A stretch of DNA of 64,000 bases. Source: Elsinoe ampelina (lineage: Eukaryota). The notes beneath the pieces were generated by a model. The model was not told the origin of the DNA. It searched no databases and was given only the letters and a program-made list of their open reading frames with translations. The stretch lies in NCBI GenBank assembly GCA_010093995.1, contig ML992507.1, positions 1,361,868 to 1,425,867 on the forward strand, read 5' to 3'. A program made the position numbers and the translations under genes. Positions 60,732 to 64,000 of this stretch are shown here, one piece after another; position 1 is the stretch's first letter; the number at the start of each line of letters is the position of its first letter.

Positions 60732-61480
60732 ATGCAAGACTACGGAGCTCCTCAGGCCCAGGGCGGTCGTGCCTGCTACAACTGTGTAAGTCAACTACCC
60801 CGCTCCCCGCTTGTCTGGCGTTGTCAGACCTGCCGCCGAAAATTTCAGCTTTGCGCCTCCAGCACAATTCCTCCACACTCAACACTGTTCAACTATACTA
60901 ACACGCGTCTGTAGGGAGAGACGTCGCATCAAGCACGTGATTGTCCCTCGAAGGGGACGCCGTCGTGTTACAATTGTGGACAGGCAGGGCATATATCCCG
61001 AGAGTGCCAATCAGCTCCAAAGGAAAAGTCGTGCTATTCGTGCGGTGAGACCGGCCACATCTCTCGCGAGTGCCCCAAGGGCGGCGCTCCCGGAGGAGGA
61101 TTCGGCGGCCCAGGAGCTGGAGCTGGCATGGAATGCTACAAGTGCGGCAAGGTCGGACACATTGCCAGGAACTGCCGCAGCAACGGCGGTGGCTTCGGTG
61201 GCGCCCCCGGTGGTGGCTACGGCCAGGGAGGTTTCGGTGGAGGTCGCCAGCAGACCTGCTACACCTGCGGCGGGTTCGGACACATGTCCCGTGACTGCAC
61301 TCAGGGACAGAAGTGCTACAACTGTAAGATCTACCATTCCGTCTTGAAGGATATCACTAACAATTCGCAGGCGGAGAGATTGGCCATTTGAGCCGTGACT
61401 GCCCTTCTGAAGCCAGCCAGGAGCGCGTCTGCTACAAGTGCAAGCAGCCAGGTCACGTCCAGGCAGCCTGCCCCAACTAG
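60732..61480 (+). CDS. byr3: CCHC zinc-knuckle nucleic-acid-binding protein (CNBP/Byr3/Gis2); 3 exons
   Basis: Seven CX2CX4HX4C knuckles with Gly-rich linkers after removing introns 60786-60914 and 61324-61370. Confidence 0.92.
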
Positions 61481-62983
61481 ACACACCACACCGACCGCGC
61501 TTAGGCGCACAACAGATTCTTCAGACCTGCATCACGGCACACCCAGCATCGGCAAGGACACCCCAATATCGCTTCGGTTCGCGGCGGCAGACAGATGTAT
61601 GATGAGGATGAGGAATGAACCTTAGGGAACCCCGGCGTTTTATCAGTTGACCGTTTACAACAAACCCGGGCTGCGACTCGATCTTTGGGGGTACTGGATG
61701 CTTGGGATGGACGATGCTCAACCTTGCTTTGACAGGGCAGGCGGCCGAGACGACGACGACGATCAAAAGTGTTTAGTCGAGGTTTTCTTTCCGGTCTGAG
61801 CGGACGGACAAGACCCTCTCCATGCTCCCCGAGGCAGAACTTCGTGCCTGGGACTTTTCGGAGTATGATCTATTGTGATTGGTGACCTGCGTACGTAGCT
61901 GCCATCTAGAGAATGTGATGTTTGCAGCCCAACAACCTTTGTCCGCACCCGCGCTTGACATTTTTTTCATTGATGATGTGCGTTTCTGACTACGTATCTC
62001 GTCGACAACATGCTTAGGAAATGGCATGGCTGAAGTCGTCGACCATGGGGAGAGACAGTGTTGCGTTCAGTCACGTGCAGACATGGATCATATCGCACTA
62101 AGCCTCTTTCAATGGAAAATGGCCACGATGGCCGTTTTTTGACCAAACAGGTTAGCGCGACTGCAGGTCACCTTTTGAGAACATGTCATCTGGGCTCTCA
62201 CCTACTACCTTACAGCATCCATTGCATCATTTTACAGCCGAAACGCCTTCGACTCGTTGTGCGTACCCCTGCTTTCACGTGTCGAGAAGACACGTCTATT
62301 CACACCACTTGTCAGGGATCTAGGATCCAGAGACTCTCTCGTACTCAAAGAGCTTTATGCGGGAACATCTCGTGCTCCAGCGAGGGGTGATGGAGCTCCA
62401 TCAGATCTGTGGAGGGACTTGTTGGAGCTAGTCAGTATGGGGCCAGGAAGTGCTTCCATGCCAAAAGATCTGACCTGAAAGGCACTGACCTGGTAGGAGC
62501 CGGTCTGGTAGGTATTGATCAGGATACAGATCATGTCCGCCCCGCAAGCAAGTCTTCCCACTTTTGCTCTTTCGACAGCCGTTCACATGTTTAGCTTGTC
62601 GATCATCTACCTCCTCACTGCTTCACCTCACCGCTGCGAATTTAGATCCAACTTCAAGTTCAAGCTCACCTTCAACTTCAGCAGGCAGCCGTGGCATGTG
62701 CATCTACTGTAGCATGTGCTCGAAGGGATATATAAGACCACCTTCGCCCCCTCTAAAACCTTTCCTTCTTCCTACCACTCCACCCTTCCACTCCCTCGCC
62801 CCCTTTCCCCCCCTTTCTCACACCACCTCTCTTCTCTCCTACCACACACACTTACCTTTACAAGACCACCCATCAGCAACATCACTCGCCACTCCAATAC
62901 TGCCAACGACACAGATCGTGGCCCGAATCTTCAATTAAGCATCTCAGAACACATCAGGCAGGTCCTCCGAACTTATCACGATC

Positions 62984-64000
62984 ATGACGGACACGGCTGA
63001 TCCTTCAGCTAAGGACAGTCTTTTCGTCCCACCCCATGATATCCGTGGTCCATCCATGATGCCATCTGGTGGGACTGATGTTAGCTCTGCTAGGACTGGA
63101 ACGCCTCCCACGAGCTCTGCCTCTGAGACTGCTGCTGAGCCTGGCGCAGCTCCTACCAGCCCTCTCGCCACCTCTTTCAAAAGACCTGCAGATGAGCCAC
63201 CAGAAGACGAGCCTGACTCCAAGTCCGCACGCCGAACCATTCCCGGCAAAGTCAACTATCTCGGCGATGAGCTTGAAGAATACGACCCAGCTGAAGCGTT
63301 CTGTTTCGAGCTTCACGAAGGACTACCAATGGTTGCGTCGAGCCTGCCAGAATGCCGCCGAGCCGAGATCCTGTCGGCAAAGGGACTACGCCTGGTACTT
63401 GATGAGCTCGAAAAACTACCAGAGCAAGGCAAAGAGATAGCTCGTCTCGTGCAGCAAATGAAGATTTGCTTGAACACCAAGCTGAGCAAGAAGTTTGTGG
63501 TAGTACTTGTCGGCGATACGGGAGCAGGGAAGTCCACGTTCCTCAACAAGCTACTTGGTCTTCGCAAGCAGCTTGCTTCCCAAGGTGCAAACGGCAAAGC
63601 TCAAACTCAAGTGGTGACAGAATACCATTTCGACGAGAGATACTCGAAGGAGAATGCGACCAAGCTGTCGCAACGCTCCATAATTCATCTCAAGTCAAAG
63701 GACCGGGTCGATGAGGAGATCGAGGCCCACCTTGAAACCTACTTGACCTTCCACAACACCGCCTTCAGGAACTTGCGTGGAGTCCAGAGGAAGAAGGAAG
63801 ACATTGCTGAGGCTGAGACTGCAGAAGAGTTTCTCCTGACCGTTTTCGCTAAGCAGACTGGAGGCAACTTCAAGAATGCCGACAAACTTCGAGCGTACGC
63901 GAGGAAATTGAAAGCAAGAGAATACAACAAGACTCTCAAGGCTTTGCAGGACTATTGCGAAGGGCTACTACGACCACACTTTGCGACAAAAGGCGATCCA
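62984..64000 (+). CDS. Dynamin-superfamily (SLIP-GC-like) GTPase, copy 2 (runs off the window end)
   Basis: Open frame from ATG 62984 with VVLVGDTGAGKSTFLNKLLG...AQTQVVTEY. It aligns by eye with copy 1 and is absent from the ORF track because there is no stop in the window. Confidence 0.78.
   Translation, partial: MTDTADPSAKDSLFVPPHDIRGPSMMPSGGTDVSSARTGTPPTSSASETAAEPGAAPTSPLATSFKRPADEPPEDEPDSKSARRTIPGKVNYLGDELEEYDPAEAFCFELHEGLPMVASSLPECRRAEILSAKGLRLVLDELEKLPEQGKEIARLVQQMKICLNTKLSKKFVVVLVGDTGAGKSTFLNKLLGLRKQLASQGANGKAQTQVVTEYHFDERYSKENATKLSQRSIIHLKSKDRVDEEIEAHLETYLTFHNTAFRNLRGVQRKKEDIAEAETAEEFLLTVFAKQTGGNFKNADKLRAYARKLKAREYNKTLKALQDYCEGLLRPHFATKGDP

Overview
Gene-dense, intron-containing eukaryotic DNA from a filamentous ascomycete: short GT-AG introns with CTRAC/CTRAY branch sites and a RIP-type mutation signature. 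A Dothideomycete is plausible but is my inference. I can support about 31 protein-coding genes. Housekeeping genes include EMI1, YME2, a Rab1/Ypt1-like GTPase, a SUZ12-like protein, PGA1, alpha-tubulin, UTR4, TRM9, NDUFA8, NUP57, TOM5, IWS1, a KSP1-like kinase, SSL1 and a CNBP/Byr3 protein. A less conserved block (about 31.3-47.7 kb) holds secreted and unknown proteins around an AT-rich nested transposon relic. Highlights: (1) a spliceosomal twin intron (stwintron, [D3,4] type) in a divergent Rab1-like gene; (2) a three-layer RIP-degraded transposon nest: outer 32-bp TIR element, Tc1-like transposase, and a hAT-type foldback MITE with an 8-bp TSD, plus a probable hAT excision footprint nearby; (3) a SUZ12/VEFS-like protein with a C-terminal PHD finger completed by splicing; (4) two divergent paralogous dynamin-like (SLIP-GC-like) GTPases flanking SSL1 and byr3; (5) spliced small genes missed by the ORF track (TOM5, a secreted 6-Cys protein). 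No rRNA, tRNA or CRISPR features were recognised. All family calls are motif recognition by eye, not database searches.
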